From the UHGV virus genome UHGV-1445333: a stretch of DNA of 24,885 nucleotides, one strand, 5' to 3'. Of the stretch, positions 18,157 through 24,885 are shown in pieces (the stretch's first letter is position 1; each line of letters begins with the position of its first letter). The position numbers and the translations under genes were made by a program. Below the pieces are notes generated by a model that did no database searches, had not been told where the DNA came from, and saw only the letters and a program-made list of their open reading frames with translations. This DNA is from a virus.

Positions 18157-18351
18157 CTATTTGTTTTTCTTGTTGCTTGGGAAAGGACGAACTTCCTCTC
18201 CAATCACACTGCCATCAGGCTTTACCGTAACCATAATGTTACGGCCTGCCAGAATGGCCTTGCTGATAGCGCACTGGATTACACCAAAGTCACTGGCTGC
18301 TTTAGCCTGTCCATGGATTTTGGCGTAATCGGCAAGTGTCATTCGAATCAT
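18157..18351 (-). CDS. cro: Cro repressor, 64 aa
   Basis: Product [37 protein letters not shown]...PFPSNKK aligns with lambda Cro ([38 protein letters not shown]...); start at ATG 18351 with SD GGAGAG; the track ORF began at an upstream GTG. Confidence 0.85.
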   Translation of the reverse strand: MIRMTLADYAKIHGQAKAASDFGVIQCAISKAILAGRNIMVTVKPDGSVIGEEVRPFPSNKKNK

Positions 18352-18380
18352 ATGCACTCTCCGTTATTAACCATGAACAA

Positions 18381-18451
18381 AGAATACTACAGGTATTCAA
18401 AGCAATCAATACTTAGGGTATTTTTAGTTTAAGTACCTTAGCTATTAGAAT
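18381..18451. promoter_or_regulatory. Right operator region OR with divergent pR and pRM
   Basis: Three 15-bp sites AATAC-N5-GTATT (18383-18397, 18408-18422; weaker 18432-18446) centred about 24-25 bp apart; pR on minus strand TTGATT-17-TATTCT flanking the first site; pRM on plus strand with -10 TAGAAT 7 nt before the cI ATG (leaderless, as in lambda). Confidence 0.6.
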
Positions 18452-18457
18452 TAAGCT

Positions 18458-19174
18458 ATGGAAAATAAAAAATCACTGACGACAGAACAGCTGGAAGACG
18501 CTAAGCGGCTTAAGGCTTTGTATGAGTCAAAAAAGAAAGAATTGGGAATAACCCAATACTCAATCGCTGATGAACTGGGTATCACCCAAGGAGCGGTAGG
18601 GCATTATCTTAATGGCAGAAATGCGCTAAACGTTGAGGTTGCATCTGGTTTTGCACGATTGTTGCAAGTCTCAATTGCTGATTTTAGCCAGTCAATTGCT
18701 GCCAAGGTTGCAGAACAGGCAGAAAGCCTTAAGAGCGATGCCAACGTAAGGTATGCAGGGGAATACAGAGCAGGAAAGAGGTATCCGGTGTTAAGCAGTA
18801 TCCAGGCTGGCTCGTGGTGTGAAGCATGCGAACCATACACCATTAAAGACATAGATGTTTGGCTTGAGTCTGACGCGCATATTCAAGGTAATGCGTTCTG
18901 GCTTAAAGTGGAAGGTGATTCAATGACGGCACCGGTTGGGTTAAGCATTCCAGAGGGAACATTCGTTCTTTTCGATACCGGAAGGGAGGCGATCAACGGC
19001 AGCTTGGTCATAGCAAAACTTTCTGACTCTAACGAAGCAACATTCAAGAAGCTGATAATCGACGGCGGAAATAAATACCTCAAGGGACTTAATCCTGCAT
19101 GGCCTCTCGTGCCAATCAATGGAAACTGCAAGATTATAGGCGTTGCAATTGAGACAAAACTCAGACTGGTTTGA
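18458..19174 (+). CDS. cI: CI repressor (HTH plus S24 LexA-like autocleavage domain), 238 aa
   Basis: N-terminal block LTTEQLEDAKRLKALYESKKKELG parallels lambda CI; Ala-Gly cleavage site (SIQAGSW), catalytic Ser in GDSM and Lys in FKKL; no SD, consistent with a leaderless pRM transcript. Confidence 0.9.
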   Translation: MENKKSLTTEQLEDAKRLKALYESKKKELGITQYSIADELGITQGAVGHYLNGRNALNVEVASGFARLLQVSIADFSQSIAAKVAEQAESLKSDANVRYAGEYRAGKRYPVLSSIQAGSWCEACEPYTIKDIDVWLESDAHIQGNAFWLKVEGDSMTAPVGLSIPEGTFVLFDTGREAINGSLVIAKLSDSNEATFKKLIIDGGNKYLKGLNPAWPLVPINGNCKIIGVAIETKLRLV

Positions 19175-19192
19175 TCACGCAAGGGGGCGCTT

Positions 19193-19561
19193 ATGGTTGG
19201 AACCGCTATAGCAAGCTTTTTTGGGATGTTGGCAATCTCGACAATTTACGGCTTAGCGCATGCTTTTATTGCGAAATCTCTATCAGAAAAAATAAGCCAG
19301 GCTTGGGCGCATAGATCAGCTCGTTTCATGATTCTGGTGATCATAGCAATACAAGGGATATCTGCATTTATCCTCTATGGATCAAGCTTATACCTATTGT
19401 ATCAAGGCGCGACATTTACGCCTTACACCAGTGATTACGGAACTCTATACGATGGTAGTGAAGACATCACTGTGGCTTGGATCGTCTTTGGTTTATCTAT
19501 GGCCGTGTCTGTTGTAGCAGACATCATTAAGGTAATTCTCGTCTTAACCTTCGCTGACTAA
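19193..19561 (+). CDS. Membrane protein (3 predicted TM helices), 122 aa, directly downstream of cI
   Basis: Strong SD AAGGGGG 5 nt before ATG; 18-nt gap after cI, same strand, no intervening promoter seen; three hydrophobic segments; occupies the lambda rexA/rexB position. Confidence 0.6.
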   Translation: MVGTAIASFFGMLAISTIYGLAHAFIAKSLSEKISQAWAHRSARFMILVIIAIQGISAFILYGSSLYLLYQGATFTPYTSDYGTLYDGSEDITVAWIVFGLSMAVSVVADIIKVILVLTFAD

Positions 19562-19692
19562 CCTATAATCCCGGCAGCAATAGCTATCGGGATCCACTTC
19601 ACATATCCCGCATAAAAAGCACTGAACAAGCAGACACCGAAAAAATAAATATCCTTTGTATTCATTTGCTTATCATTATTTCATCAAAAATA

Positions 19693-19734
19693 AATACCTT
19701 GGGTATTTACACAATAAAATACCTACAGTATTCT
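19693..19734 (+). promoter_or_regulatory. Left operator OL with pL
   Basis: Two operator sites of the OR family: AATACCTTGGGTATT (19693-19707) and AATACCTACAGTATT (19718-19732); pL -35 TTTACA (19706-19711), 17-bp spacer, -10 TATTCT (19729-19734), directed towards N. Confidence 0.6.
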
Positions 19735-19779
19735 TTAGCCATCAGCAGGACGCTGGAAGCCAAACGGAACAGATTGGCA

Positions 19780-19820
19780 GGCTCTTTAACATTGATGGGA
19801 TTGTCCCGCCGAAATGCGGG
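19780..19820 (+). promoter_or_regulatory. nutL (boxA GGCTCTTTAACA + boxB hairpin)
   Basis: BoxA-like GCTCTTTAACA at 19781-19791 and boxB CCCGC-CGAAAT-GCGGG at 19805-19820, about 40 nt downstream of the pL start and upstream of N. Confidence 0.65.
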
Positions 19821-19928
19821 AACCAAAGAGTAGTTGGCTTTGGGGTGACGTGAAGTGCAGCTGCACGACGGCAACCGGAAGATAAGCACCCGGCGCGTCA
19901 CCGCCAAAGTCAATCATCGGAGGTCAAC

Positions 19929-20234
19929 ATGACAGTAGTCATTACATATCTGGCTGAGGATAACGCCAGAAATCGCCGCAGAGCACGCAGACAGGCTCAA
20001 CGTGAACAGGCAATGCAAGAGCAGCGACTGGCGCGAAAAATTGCGCTAAAGCTCTCTGGTTGCGTCAGAGCAGACAAAGCAGCATCACTCGGAAGCCTTC
20101 GCTGCAAGAAGGCAGAAGAAGTCGAGCGTAAACAGAACCGTATTTACTACCGCAAGCCACGCAGTGAAATGGGTGTGACTTGTGTTGGTCGCCAGAAACA
20201 ACGCGGAAAATCAATTCCAGCTTATTACGATTGA
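19929..20234 (+). CDS. N: N-type antitermination protein, 101 aa
   Basis: First pL gene after nutL; N-terminal arginine-rich motif (NARNRRRARRQAQREQAM) like lambdoid N proteins; SD GGAGG 5 nt before ATG. Confidence 0.75.
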   Translation: MTVVITYLAEDNARNRRRARRQAQREQAMQEQRLARKIALKLSGCVRADKAASLGSLRCKKAEEVERKQNRIYYRKPRSEMGVTCVGRQKQRGKSIPAYYD

Positions 20235-20239
20235 GGTTA

Positions 20240-20509
20240 ATGATGAAGTTCAAATTGAACGATGAAGTTAAATGGTCAAGTTCATCAAACGGTGTAACGA
20301 AGGTAAAAATCGGGTTTATCGTCGAGGTGATTCCTCCTGGTGTCAACGTAAAAAAATTCGAACTAGGTCGTCTGCTAGATGCACCTGGCCTTCCGAGGAA
20401 AGAAGAGAGCTATATAGTTTGTGTAGGTCCAAGACCCGGATCTCGTGCCAAGCCAAAATATTACTGGCCGCGAGTTAATAACCTGCGTCGCTTACACGAT
20501 GACAAATAG
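20240..20509 (+). CDS. Hypothetical protein, 89 aa
   Basis: Track ORF 20180-20509 trimmed to ATG at 20240 (tandem ATG ATG, 5 nt after the N stop) with SD GAGG; no motif recognised. Confidence 0.5.
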   Translation: MMKFKLNDEVKWSSSSNGVTKVKIGFIVEVIPPGVNVKKFELGRLLDAPGLPRKEESYIVCVGPRPGSRAKPKYYWPRVNNLRRLHDDK

Positions 20510-20564
20510 AAGTGAGTATCCTTGTTTTACTTTTTCGCGGCAAACCACTTATTTGAGGTGATAT

Positions 20565-20642
20565 ATGGAAGAAGAATTTGAAGAGCATCCTCAGGATGTG
20601 ATGGAACAATACCAGGACTATCCTTATGACTACGACTATTGA
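20565..20642 (+). CDS. Possible 25-aa acidic, Tyr-rich micro-ORF
   Basis: Read by hand: ATG at 20565 with SD GAGG (6-nt spacer); product MEEEFEEHPQDVMEQYQDYPYDYDY; overlaps the ral start by 17 nt. Confidence 0.3.
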   Translation: MEEEFEEHPQDVMEQYQDYPYDYDY

Positions 20643-20826
20643 TAAAAATCAATGGTGTGGACAATTCAAACGATGCAATGGATGCAAGCTGCAATCGGAA
20701 TGTATGGTTAAGCCTGAAGAAATGTTTCCTGTAATGGAAGATGGGAAATATGTCGATAAATGGGCAATACGAACGACGGCAATGATTGCCAGAGAACTTG
20801 GTAAACTGAACAACAAGGCTGCCTGA
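20626..20826 (+). CDS. ral: Ral-like restriction-alleviation protein, 66 aa
   Basis: 66-aa product MTTTIDKNQWCGQFKRCNGCKLQSECMVKPEE... matches my recollection of lambda Ral in sequence, size and position (pL operon distal to N). Confidence 0.55.
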   Translation: MTTTIDKNQWCGQFKRCNGCKLQSECMVKPEEMFPVMEDGKYVDKWAIRTTAMIARELGKLNNKAA

Positions 20827-20849
20827 TGGTGGCCTTTATTTTCTTATTT
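20815..20849 (+). terminator. Intrinsic terminator-like hairpin after ral
   Basis: AAGGCUGCC-UGAU-GGUGGCCUU (9-bp stem with two G-U pairs) followed by UAUUUUCUUAUUU. Confidence 0.5.
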
Positions 20850-20862
20850 GAGAGGAATTAAT

Positions 20863-21027
20863 ATGTCATCAATCCGCTTAACTACGAGAATGAAAGAGGA
20901 AATCGCTCGTAACGCTTTAATTAAGTCTGGGGTTTTCACTGAGCTTGAAGAAGTAACAAAGTTAAAGAACCAGCTTGCACTTGACGCCAGAGTTATTGCG
21001 TTTGGCGGTAAAAAGAAAACTGAGTAA
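20863..21027 (+). CDS. Hypothetical 54-aa protein, in frame with the next ORF
   Basis: Read by hand: ATG at 20863 with SD GAGG (7-nt spacer); ends at TAA 21025-21027, immediately followed in the same frame by the GTG that opens the 152-aa ORF. Confidence 0.45.
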   Translation: MSSIRLTTRMKEEIARNALIKSGVFTELEEVTKLKNQLALDARVIAFGGKKKTE

Positions 21028-21486
21028 GTGGATCAGTTATCATCCAAGTTGGTAGCTATAAGTGAAGAACTTGGAAAGATGGGATGTTCATTTTACTCAT
21101 ACGATTTTCGTTCTACTTCAATTTATCTGACTGTATCTGGCAGAAGGGTTGGATGGCATTCATATGGGAAAGACGGCAACGGCGAAGATATATTTCTCCC
21201 TACTCCGATAAAAGATAAATGCATGTTTGACGCAGAGCACGAAATAACAAAAAGGTTTGATGAAATCTGCTCATTACAACAAAAACTTGAAGCCAAGAAA
21301 AAGGATATCGAATCAAATGTATGGACTGCTTTAAACTCAGTCACAACAGTTAAGCGACTTATTGAGGTTTGGCCTGAAAGCAAAGAGTTGCTACCAAAAG
21401 AAGCAGATAAAGCAAGTACAGCACTTCCTGCTTTACGGGTAGAAGATTTGAATAAGATGATTGGACTTCCTTCCGAGGCCGCATAG
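21028..21486 (+). CDS. Hypothetical protein, 152 aa (GTG start; possibly the distal part of a TAA-interrupted gene)
   Basis: ORF-track product; no convincing SD at the GTG or at the first internal ATG; same frame as the preceding 54-aa ORF. Confidence 0.45.
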   Translation: MDQLSSKLVAISEELGKMGCSFYSYDFRSTSIYLTVSGRRVGWHSYGKDGNGEDIFLPTPIKDKCMFDAEHEITKRFDEICSLQQKLEAKKKDIESNVWTALNSVTTVKRLIEVWPESKELLPKEADKASTALPALRVEDLNKMIGLPSEAA

Positions 21487-21502
21487 TCGGCCTTTATTTT
21501 TG
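21476..21502 (+). terminator. Intrinsic terminator overlapping the stop of the 152-aa ORF
   Basis: AGGCCG-CAUAGU-CGGCCU (6-bp stem) followed by UUAUUUUUGG. Confidence 0.55.
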
Positions 21503-21523
21503 GCATAAACAACAGAGGATAAC

Positions 21524-21820
21524 ATGGAATTTAAAGGTACTGAAGGTAAGTGGGAAATAATGATGGATGGCGATGAGATTAAAATAATCCAGGCAGACTC
21601 ACTTGAAAATGGCGCAGGCTGGCGTTCGTATATTGCAATCTGTGAGGAAGTTCAATGCATTGAAGATGCCAATCTAATAGCGGCATCGCCTGACCTTCTC
21701 GAAGCACTTCAGTTATTACTTAAGCAATCCAAAAATAGAACAACGACAACATATCCAGAATGGTATGGAGCTGTTAATAAAGGTCTCGCAGCAATCAGAA
21801 AAGCCATAGGTGATGAGTAA
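21524..21820 (+). CDS. Hypothetical protein, 98 aa
   Basis: ORF-track product; SD GAGG 5 nt before ATG; acidic. Confidence 0.5.
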   Translation: MEFKGTEGKWEIMMDGDEIKIIQADSLENGAGWRSYIAICEEVQCIEDANLIAASPDLLEALQLLLKQSKNRTTTTYPEWYGAVNKGLAAIRKAIGDE

Positions 21821-21978
21821 TGAATAAGAAATACATTGTTGAAGTTATAGAGCGAGAAACGAAAGAAGTAATTAAACATTTCGAATTTGATAATTATAGA
21901 AAAGCTGACCGCGTAGAAGAAGGATTGTTGCGACAAAGTAATCTCGAAAAATTTGATGTTGTCATGCGATGCGAATAA
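21820..21978 (+). CDS. Hypothetical protein, 52 aa, coupled to the preceding ORF
   Basis: Read by hand: ATG overlaps the upstream TAA (TAATG); product MNKKYIVEVIERETKEVIKHFEFDNYRKADRVEEGLLRQSNLEKFDVVMRCE. Confidence 0.35.
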   Translation: MNKKYIVEVIERETKEVIKHFEFDNYRKADRVEEGLLRQSNLEKFDVVMRCE

Positions 21979-22071
21979 GCGCCTATAGCAGATTTACGAG
22001 TCTGCTATGTGAGCAATGTCGCTCGTAACTAAACAGGAGCCGACTTGTTCTGATTATTGGAAATCTTCTTT

Positions 22072-22098
22072 GCCCTCCAGTGTGAGGGCGATTTTTTA
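22072..22098 (+). terminator. Intrinsic terminator
   Basis: GCCCUC-CAGUGU-GAGGGC (6-bp stem) followed by GAUUUUUUAU. Confidence 0.55.
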
Positions 22099-22117
22099 TC
22101 TATGAGGATATGAATAG

Positions 22118-22486
22118 ATGTCAAACATCAAAAAATACATCATTGATTACGACTGGAAAGCATCAATAGAAATTGAAATCGACCATGACTTAATGACAGA
22201 GGAAAAACTTCACCAAATTAATAATTTCTGGTCAGACTCTGAACACCGACTCAATAAACACGGCTCTGTATTAAATGCTGTATTAATCATGCTAGCGCAA
22301 CATGCTCTGCTTATAGCAATTTCAAGCGACTTAAATGCATATGGTGTTGTGTGTGAGTTCGACTGGAATGATGGAAATGGTCAGGAAGGATGGCCTCCAA
22401 TGGATGGTAGCGAAGGAATAAGAATTACCGATATCGATACATCAGGAATATTTGATTCAGATGATATGACTATCAAAGCCGCCTGA
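22118..22486 (+). CDS. Hypothetical protein, 122 aa
   Basis: ORF-track product; acidic C-terminal half; lies just upstream of cIII, where lambda carries ea10. No sequence identification made. Confidence 0.5.
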   Translation: MSNIKKYIIDYDWKASIEIEIDHDLMTEEKLHQINNFWSDSEHRLNKHGSVLNAVLIMLAQHALLIAISSDLNAYGVVCEFDWNDGNGQEGWPPMDGSEGIRITDIDTSGIFDSDDMTIKAA

Positions 22487-22561
22487 GTGCGGCTTTACCG
22501 CATACCAATAACGCTTCACTTGAGGCGTTTTCGTTATGCAATCAAATATAAGGAGTTACCC

Positions 22562-22696
22562 ATGATGCACTTTCAGCTCGCGGGTAGCGGCGTCATGTCC
22601 GCTTTCTACCCGCACGAATCTGAATTATCACGCCGAGTTAAACAATTAATCAGAGCAGCAAAGAAACAACTGGAGGCGTTATGCGCAATGAAATAG
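22562..22696 (+). CDS. cIII: CIII-like protein (FtsH inhibitor), 44 aa
   Basis: Track ORF 22487-22696 trimmed to ATG 22562 with SD AAGGAG (6-nt spacer); LAGSGVMSAFYPHESELSRRVKQLIRAAKKQL parallels lambda CIII IAGWPVAGCPSESLLERITRKLRDGWKRL. Confidence 0.6.
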   Translation: MMHFQLAGSGVMSAFYPHESELSRRVKQLIRAAKKQLEALCAMK

Positions 22697-22833
22697 CCAT
22701 CAATCACCAGATGCTTCGTGCTGCACAGAACAAAGCAGTAATAGCCCGATTTATTGGTGATTCAAAAATGTGGCTTGAAGCAAATAAAGCGATGAAATCA
22801 GCTATCAACCTTCCGTGGTATCGCAGGAAATGA
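22681..22833 (+). CDS. kil: Kil-like protein, 50 aa
   Basis: Read by hand: ATG 22681 with SD GGAGG; overlaps the cIII 3' end as kil does in lambda; IARFIGDSKMWLEANKAMK loosely resembles what I recall of lambda Kil (weak). Confidence 0.4.
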   Translation: MRNEIAINHQMLRAAQNKAVIARFIGDSKMWLEANKAMKSAINLPWYRRK

Positions 22834-22988
22834 GTTTTACAGATAACTGGTCAGACGAAGAATTCATTCGTCAGATGAAAGAATTAATCGGTAACGAAGG
22901 AGATATTCATGTCACTTGCAACCACAGTGAAGGAGAGCAAGTTACAGAGACGCATGTACACGCAGAAAGCTATCTGGTATCGCCATAA
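22830..22988 (+). CDS. Hypothetical 52-aa protein, coupled to the kil-like ORF
   Basis: Read by hand: ATG overlaps the kil stop (ATGA); product MSFTDNWSDEEFIRQMKELIGNEGDIHVTCNHSEGEQVTETHVHAESYLVSP; weak SD. Confidence 0.3.
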   Translation: MSFTDNWSDEEFIRQMKELIGNEGDIHVTCNHSEGEQVTETHVHAESYLVSP

Positions 22989-23089
22989 TGGTGACCGCGA
23001 AGGAATGCGGGTATGCCTTAATTTGTCCCGAGTCGAAGTATTAAATCAGCGTTATTTCCTTGGGCCGTGTCCATTCTGAGAACAATCAT

Positions 23090-23695
23090 ATGAGCAAAGA
23101 ATTTTACGCAAGACTGGCAGCTATTCAGGAGAATCTGAACGCGCCAAAGAATCAGTACAACTCATTCGGCAAATATAAATACAGAAGCTGCGAAGATATT
23201 CTTGAAGGCGTTAAGCCGTTACTGAATGGTCTGTTTTTATCAATCAGCGATGAAGTTGTGTTGATTGGTGATCGGTATTATGTGAAAGCCACGGCAACTA
23301 TTACCGATGGCGAAAACAGTCATACGGCAACCGCTCTTGCACGAGAGGAAGAAAGCAAGAAAGGAATGGATTCTGCACAAGTTACGGGAGCTACAAGCTC
23401 TTATGCACGCAAGTATTGCCTCAATGGTTTGTTCGGCATTGATGATGCGAAAGATGCAGATACCGACGAGCATAAACATCAGCAGAACGCAGCAGCAAAG
23501 CAGTCAAAACCATCACCTACACCTGAACAGGTTCTAAAAGCATTCACTGACGCAGCAATGCATAAAAACACCGTGGAAGAGCTTAAACAGGCGTTCGCCA
23601 AAGCGTGGAAGATGCTCGAAGGAACACCGGAGCAGCACAAAGCGCAGGACGTTTACAACATCAGACGAGACGAATTAGAAGGAGCTGCTGCTTAA
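23090..23695 (+). CDS. erf: Erf-family single-strand annealing recombinase, about 201 aa
   Basis: ERF-family signature (FYARLAAIQ..., FGKYKYRS.EDIL, ARKYCLNGLFGIDD); track ORF began at an upstream TTG, trimmed to the first ATG. Confidence 0.82.
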   Translation: MSKEFYARLAAIQENLNAPKNQYNSFGKYKYRSCEDILEGVKPLLNGLFLSISDEVVLIGDRYYVKATATITDGENSHTATALAREEESKKGMDSAQVTGATSSYARKYCLNGLFGIDDAKDADTDEHKHQQNAAAKQSKPSPTPEQVLKAFTDAAMHKNTVEELKQAFAKAWKMLEGTPEQHKAQDVYNIRRDELEGAAA

Positions 23696-24078
23696 TGGCA
23701 CATTCGATTACTGTAAGACTAAACAAGCCCGCAAGAGAGTTTCAGGCCGGGGAAAATATCGGATTCAACATCCGTGCTGGCGTTCAGTATTACGATCGCC
23801 AGACAAAAAAGAAAGAATGGACAAACTACAGCGCCGTTGTATTTGCCAAGCCGGGAGCGCAAGCGGATTACTACCGTAGTGTTCTTGTTGAAGGTGGCAT
23901 TGTGGAAATTACCGGAGAAAACATCAGGGTTGATGTTTATCAGGGGCAAAATGGTCAATCAATCACTCTTGAATTACTGAATGCAAAGATTGGATTTGCA
24001 GCTTCAGGAAATGGCCCGCAGCAGCAAAGTAGTAACCAGCAGAACACTCCTGTATACGACGATTCCATCCCATTCTGA
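23695..24078 (+). CDS. ssb: SSB-like OB-fold protein with SSB-type C-terminal tail, 127 aa
   Basis: Start overlaps the erf stop (TAATG); EWTNYSAVVFAK...LVEGGIVEITGE resembles the SSB OB-fold core; Gly/Gln-rich linker and C-terminal DDSIPF resemble the E. coli SSB tip (DDDIPF). Confidence 0.55.
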   Translation: MAHSITVRLNKPAREFQAGENIGFNIRAGVQYYDRQTKKKEWTNYSAVVFAKPGAQADYYRSVLVEGGIVEITGENIRVDVYQGQNGQSITLELLNAKIGFAASGNGPQQQSSNQQNTPVYDDSIPF

Positions 24079-24101
24079 TTTAGAAAAATAAGGATTTAAT
24101 T

Positions 24102-24398
24102 ATGCCAGCGCCTCTGTATGGTGCGGATGACCCACGCCGCTGTTCCGGCAATTCCGTATCGGAGGTGCTGGATAAATTCAGGAAAAACTACGACCGGATA
24201 ATGTCGCTACCGCAGGAAACGAAAGAGGAAAAGGAATTTCGCCACTGCATATGGCTTGCAGAGAAAGAAGAACGAGAGCGAATTTACCAGACATCAATCC
24301 GACCATTCCGCAAAGCAACATATAGCCACTTCCCTGAATATATCGACCCGCGCCTGCGTAATTACCGCTCACGCTATGGCGCTATCAGTAATGACTGA
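24102..24398 (+). CDS. Hypothetical protein, 98 aa
   Basis: ORF-track product; SD AAGGA 7 nt before ATG; basic. Confidence 0.5.
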   Translation: MPAPLYGADDPRRCSGNSVSEVLDKFRKNYDRIMSLPQETKEEKEFRHCIWLAEKEERERIYQTSIRPFRKATYSHFPEYIDPRLRNYRSRYGAISND

Positions 24399-24408
24399 GG
24401 AATTTACC

Positions 24409-24573
24409 ATGAGAGGACTTGCATACAATCCCGGCATTCTTCCGGCAGAAATGATTATTCGCCAACGCGTAAAGCCAATGCCATCGAGAGAGGAATTACT
24501 TAAGCGAAACTCGTTTCCATCAGTGAATCAAAACAAATATCTGAACGCGATGTTGCGGAGTGGGAAGAAATGA
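24409..24573 (+). CDS. Hypothetical protein, 54 aa
   Basis: Track ORF 24256-24573 trimmed to ATG 24409 with SD GAGG (8-nt spacer). Confidence 0.4.
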   Translation: MRGLAYNPGILPAEMIIRQRVKPMPSREELLKRNSFPSVNQNKYLNAMLRSGKK

Positions 24574-24885
24574 AACAAATGTCACTAATTGAGATGGATG
24601 GATTTCTGAAAGGTAAATGCATCCCACGAGATCTAAAGGTTAACGAAACAAACGCTGAATATCTGGTGCGTAAATTTGCTGAAGCGGAGGCCAAGTGCGC
24701 GGAGCTGGCGGCGGAGAATGCGGGGCTGAAGTCTGGCGCAATGGACGAAATCAAGGTTATCAACCGTGGAGGTCAGGCATATTGCGTAAAAGATGGAGTG
24801 CAAGTTAATCCCATGTATGCAAGAGGGTGGAATGACTATCGCGCAAAGTCTCTGCAATCAGACACCCCAGCCACCGATGCTTTCC
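24570..24885 (+). CDS. Hypothetical protein, 5' part only (at least 105 aa; runs off the window end)
   Basis: ATG 24570 overlaps the upstream stop (ATGA); open frame [52 protein letters not shown]... continues to the last base. Confidence 0.45.
   Translation, partial: MKQMSLIEMDGFLKGKCIPRDLKVNETNAEYLVRKFAEAEAKCAELAAENAGLKSGAMDEIKVINRGGQAYCVKDGVQVNPMYARGWNDYRAKSLQSDTPATDAF

Noticed and set aside
18883-19182. 99-aa and 82-aa minus-strand ORFs antisense to cI
   Set aside because: Entirely within the well-supported cI gene on the opposite strand; no start signals.
19558-19665. 35-codon hydrophobic ORF on the minus strand, convergent with the membrane-protein gene
   Set aside because: No SD upstream of the ATG, and it overlaps the 3' end of a better-supported gene; a small toxin-like peptide cannot be excluded but is unsupported.
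1-24885. CRISPR arrays, rRNA genes, integrase and att sites
   Set aside because: No direct-repeat/spacer arrays or rRNA-like sequence seen; the window ends inside the pL operon before any xis/int region and begins inside the tail-accessory genes, so attachment sites and integrase lie outside it.

Overview
This 24.9-kb window is most of a mosaic lambdoid temperate phage or prophage, read here in reverse orientation. All calls rest on reading the sequence, the supplied ORF track and my recollection of phage lambda, P22 and Sf6 proteins; no database search was possible. Layout: (1) 1-7343, minus strand: a P22/Sf6-type head assembly module (gp10-like fragment, gp4-like adaptor, coat, scaffold, portal, TerL, TerS). 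(2) 7698-9776, minus: a Rha regulator and a lambda-type lysis cassette (S, R, Rz with embedded Rz1). (3) 9777-14720, minus: a compact pR'/tR' late leader, a non-lambda Q, and a lambda-like nin region (ninB, E, F, G, H, I) interrupted by an AT-rich HNH endonuclease cassette fused to the first nine codons of ninG. (4) 14748-18048, minus: a TOPRIM primase / DnaB-type helicase, a lambda-O-like initiator with internal ori iterons, and cII. (5) 18100-19930: the immunity region (nutR, cro, OR/pR/pRM, cI on plus strand, a 122-aa membrane protein co-oriented with cI, OL/pL, nutL). (6) 19929-24885, plus: the pL operon (N, Ral-like, cIII, kil-like, Erf, SSB-like, and several uncharacterised small ORFs). 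No rRNA, tRNA, CRISPR array, integrase or att site was seen. The most notable points are the endonuclease cassette inside ninG, the membrane protein in the lambda rex position, and a group of unassigned pL-operon ORFs including one pair split by an in-frame TAA.
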